From the NCBI RefSeq assembly GCF_041587635.1, contig NZ_JBFGYC010000001.1, positions 1 to 38,974 of the forward strand: 38,974 nt of DNA. Direction: 5' to 3'. The translations under genes were made by a program, and so were the position numbers. Source of the stretch: Pontibacterium sp. (GTDB lineage: Bacteria; Pseudomonadota; Gammaproteobacteria; Pseudomonadales; Balneatricaceae). Positions 36,308-38,974 of this stretch are shown here, one piece after another (positions within the stretch are counted from its first letter, which is position 1; the number at the start of each line of letters is the position of its first letter). The notes below the pieces were generated by a model that saw only the letters and a list, made by a program, of their open reading frames with translations, ran no database searches and was not told the origin of the DNA.

Positions 36308-36946
36308 ATGACATCCAAGGCCCAAGATATAGCGAACCGCTTATTTAGCTGCCGCCAACGCCACGGCTGGACCATGAAAGAGACCGCCGCGCGCCTAGAC
36401 GTAACCCAATCGCGATACAGCAACTGGGAACAAGGAATCAGATCACCAAAACATGAACAGGTAGAAGCGTTAGCCGATCTGTTCAACGTCAATCCTTCGT
36501 GGATTATGGGCTGGACAGAACACGCCGGAACCACCCCCGAAAGCGACTACATAACCGCCGACCGGAAAACCATCAACATCGGGGGCGAAGGCGTCACCCT
36601 GGATCAAGTGGTCAGCACCACCGCGTTTAGCCCTGAATACATCAGCCAGCGCGGTCTAGACCCCAAAAACCTGATTCAGCTGAAGATCCAAGACGACAGC
36701 ATGGAGCCGGTCATCTGCGCAGGCGATGAGATACTGATCGACAGAAGTCAAAAGCAGGTCGAACGGCCCGATCTTTTTGCACTGGCTGTGAATGATCGCG
36801 TATGGGTACGCCGCATCCGGCCAGAGTTAAACGGCAGCTTTACCCTGACTTGCGAAAACAAAGATCTGTACCCCGACCAGAGCCTGAACACCCTGGATGA
36901 TTTAAACATTCTGGGCCGCATCTGCCGCATTGCGCGAGACAGATAA
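36308..36946 (+). CDS. cI: CI-like repressor, XRE HTH + S24 peptidase domain
   Basis: YSNWEQGIRSP HTH; DDSMEPVI..GDEILID; the catalytic Lys position reads VRRI. Confidence 0.92.
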   Translation: MTSKAQDIANRLFSCRQRHGWTMKETAARLDVTQSRYSNWEQGIRSPKHEQVEALADLFNVNPSWIMGWTEHAGTTPESDYITADRKTINIGGEGVTLDQVVSTTAFSPEYISQRGLDPKNLIQLKIQDDSMEPVICAGDEILIDRSQKQVERPDLFALAVNDRVWVRRIRPELNGSFTLTCENKDLYPDQSLNTLDDLNILGRICRIARDR

Positions 36947-36947
36947 C

Positions 36948-36968
36948 GGCCTTAGAAGGTCTTTTTTT
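36948..36968 (+). terminator. Terminator after cI
   Basis: GGCCTT-AG-AAGGTC-T7. Confidence 0.55.
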
Positions 36969-36971
36969 CGA

Positions 36972-37001
36972 TTGACTTTTACACTTAAAGTGTAAAATAC
37001 T
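36972..37001 (+). promoter_or_regulatory. Promoter overlapped by a perfect operator TTTTACAC-TTAAA-GTGTAAAA
   Basis: TTGACT at 36972; palindrome at 36977-36997. Confidence 0.75.
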
Positions 37002-37039
37002 TAATAACGAATTAACGAATTACACAAAAGAGCTGATTC

Positions 37040-37303
37040 ATGATCAACGATAACGCGCATTTAACAGTTGTACACTCAGGCACCGGCCTGGCGGTTTCAA
37101 AGCCAGTTATCAGCCAGCTCGCAAAAGAGGCGTGCGTGGTATCCAGCGCCCTCGCCGCAATGCAAGCCATGACCACCCTGGCTATCGATAACGGCGAAAT
37201 GCCCCAGGATCAGGTCGACGCACTCAACGTCCTGCTGGGCGAGATCCACACAAAAACTGACGGACTCACCAACGCGCTACGCGAGATCCAAAGCCAGCTA
37301 TAA
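37040..37303 (+). CDS. Small helical hypothetical protein
   Basis: 87 aa, first gene after the operator-bound promoter. Confidence 0.65.
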   Translation: MINDNAHLTVVHSGTGLAVSKPVISQLAKEACVVSSALAAMQAMTTLAIDNGEMPQDQVDALNVLLGEIHTKTDGLTNALREIQSQL

Positions 37304-37315
37304 CGGACAGCCATC

Positions 37316-37702
37316 ATGAAACAGATCCAGGGAACGGATGTAATCGGCCTACCCGGCCAAAACCTCACAGACACAGAATTGACCGTCCTGGTTGGACTGG
37401 CAGACGGCCAGACACCAGGACAAATCAAGCAGGCGCTCCACACCGCCGATGCGAACCAGTTGCACAGCTTAGAACAACGGATTAGGGCTAAGCTTGGCGC
37501 ACGCACCAAAAGCCACATGATCAGCCGCGCATTTATACTGGGTGTACTGGCACCCCGCGCGCTCTGCTTCATGCTGGCAATTATCTGTACTGCACAGTCT
37601 GCAGATAGCGATATGCTAAGACTGCGCAGCCCGCAACGTACCCGCACCACCCGCCAGCTCACCCGCACCATTCGCACCACGCCAGGCGGGCGGGCGGCAT
37701 AG
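37316..37702 (+). CDS. Stand-alone LuxR-type HTH regulator
   Basis: LTDTELTVLVGLADGQTPGQI..IRAKLGARTKSHMISRAFILGVL. Confidence 0.8.
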   Translation: MKQIQGTDVIGLPGQNLTDTELTVLVGLADGQTPGQIKQALHTADANQLHSLEQRIRAKLGARTKSHMISRAFILGVLAPRALCFMLAIICTAQSADSDMLRLRSPQRTRTTRQLTRTIRTTPGGRAA

Positions 37703-37760
37703 GGTCTGCACAATTGACAGACCCTTTTCACCGCCCTTGATGGGCGGGCATACCCACTAA

Positions 37761-37850
37761 TTAACGAATTCGTTAATTAACTAATTCTTTACAGACTTTG
37801 CCCGCTGCGCTAATCTGCCTCTAACGTTAACGAATTAACGAATTAACGAG
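37761..37850 (+). promoter_or_regulatory. par promoter flanked by TTAACGAA arrays (parS/operator)
   Basis: TTTACA(37788)-17-TAATCT(37811); four octamers at 37761-37792 and three at 37827-37850. Confidence 0.75.
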
Positions 37851-37857
37851 GCAACCA

Positions 37858-38496
37858 ATGGCAACTATCGGATTTATCAAACAGAAAGGCGGGGTCGGCT
37901 GCTCTACCCTCGCCTTTGCGACCGCCACCGAATACACCCGCGCCACCTGGGACGTATTGGTGGCCGACCTGGACACCAAACAAACCACCTGTTTCAAGCG
38001 CCAAGTACGCCGCGCTAACCGCGACTTTGAGCCGCACATCAACGTGCAGGTTTTCCCAACGGTCGACCAGGCTATACGCCAGGCTGATAAGTATGACCTG
38101 ACCATTCTGGACACTGCGCCACACGCCACCCGCGCCACCGCTCAAGTGGCTGAAGTCGCCGACCTATTGATAATCCCAACCGGCCTAGCCCTGGACGACC
38201 TGGAACCGACCGTAAAGCTCGCGCATGAGCTGCGTAAGAACGGCATCAGCCAGGACAAGATCGCCGTGGCCTTTTGCCGAACCAGCGGCAGCGAACGGGA
38301 ATACCTAGAGGCAAAGGAATATATCGAGGAGGCGGGGTACTACCACTTAGACGGACAGATGCACGAAAAACCAGCATTTCGCATCGCCTCCGACCTGGGC
38401 CGCAGCCCGACCGAATCCCAATATAAGGGACCACGCGAACAAGCGATTCAGCTGGTGCAAAGCATCATTGACCGATTTAACCAGATAGCAGGCTAA
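37858..38496 (+). CDS. parA: ParA partition ATPase (short, type Ib)
   Basis: QKGGVGCST deviant Walker A, DLDTKQ, ILDTAP. Confidence 0.92.
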   Translation: MATIGFIKQKGGVGCSTLAFATATEYTRATWDVLVADLDTKQTTCFKRQVRRANRDFEPHINVQVFPTVDQAIRQADKYDLTILDTAPHATRATAQVAEVADLLIIPTGLALDDLEPTVKLAHELRKNGISQDKIAVAFCRTSGSEREYLEAKEYIEEAGYYHLDGQMHEKPAFRIASDLGRSPTESQYKGPREQAIQLVQSIIDRFNQIAG

Positions 38497-38500
38497 GACT

Positions 38501-38791
38501 ATGGCAACGCAAGAAAAACCAGGCGCTAAGGTGCCAACACCACCGAAAAAGAAAAAAAGACAGAAAGGCGAGCCGCCAAGCCTTGAGGAAGCCAACCACA
38601 ACAACATCACCACCACCCCGACCGGGGAACTGGTGCCGATGAATTTCAAAGTGGACGACGATTTTCACAGCGACTACAAGATCACCGCCATCACCAACAA
38701 AACCACAATGGTCGGCGTGCTGCGTGAGTCCCTGGAGATTTACAAGAAATACAAAGCAGGGTTATTGATCGACCCAAGCAAGAACGACTAA
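38501..38791 (+). CDS. Ribbon-helix-helix centromere-binding partition protein
   Basis: Disordered basic N-terminus followed by LVPMNFKVDDDFHSDYKITAI....MVGVLRESLE; directly after parA. Confidence 0.8.
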   Translation: MATQEKPGAKVPTPPKKKKRQKGEPPSLEEANHNNITTTPTGELVPMNFKVDDDFHSDYKITAITNKTTMVGVLRESLEIYKKYKAGLLIDPSKND

Positions 38792-38974
38792 AAGAAAGGA
38801 TCAGCCGGGTAAAAGGTCGAAGAGTTACCCGGCTGAGACATATGCAACCAATGGCAATAGGTACACACAATGTCTAACCGCGATTATAGCCGGATCTCAA
38901 AAACTCCTCTACTCAACCTGCTTGATATGCCGATCCCGGCAATACTGGAATTCCTGAACAGACACAACCCACAC

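Larger units (their letters stand above)
1..38974. mobile_element. Temperate myophage / phage-plasmid (lambda-like head, P2-like tail, plasmid rep and par)
   Basis: Contiguous packaging, head, tail, lysis, immunity, partition and replication modules; no host housekeeping genes in the window. Confidence 0.9.

Noticed and set aside
36244-36534. ORF antisense to cI
   Set aside because: Shadow ORF overlapping the HTH coding region and an operator
37761-37850. CRISPR array or rep iterons
   Set aside because: Units are 8 bp with no spacers, and they cluster at par rather than at rep
1-38974. Protelomerase/telRL linear replicon
   Set aside because: No TelN-like ORF or long perfect palindrome was seen

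Overview
This looks like a complete or nearly complete ~39 kb temperate myophage-plasmid of a gammaproteobacterium. It has a lambda-type head (GpA terminase, portal, S49 protease, gpD, gpE) and a P2-type contractile tail, an organisation reminiscent of VP882/HAP-1/VHML-like phages. No protelomerase is visible. Instead it carries an IncFII-RepA-like initiator with a CopA-like antisense RNA, a type Ib ParA plus ribbon-helix-helix partition system with octamer arrays dispersed across the genome, and a tyrosine recombinase. Regulation is layered: a cI/cro switch with a genome-wide ACAC-N5-GTGT operator, a Q-like protein with a pR'/tR'-like late control, a C4-type antisense RNA in front of rha, a KorC homologue with two twin operator-promoters, and a LexA-boxed small ORF divergent from an orphan RcsB/NarL-type response regulator. 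The most notable features are two integron attC-like sites delimiting small ORFs in the early operon beside the recombinase, a NYN RNase behind a structured terminator leader, and a lambda-like cosQ/cosN followed by a mini-TerS paralogue far from the real terS. All calls come from reading the sequence and recalled family motifs; no searches were run.
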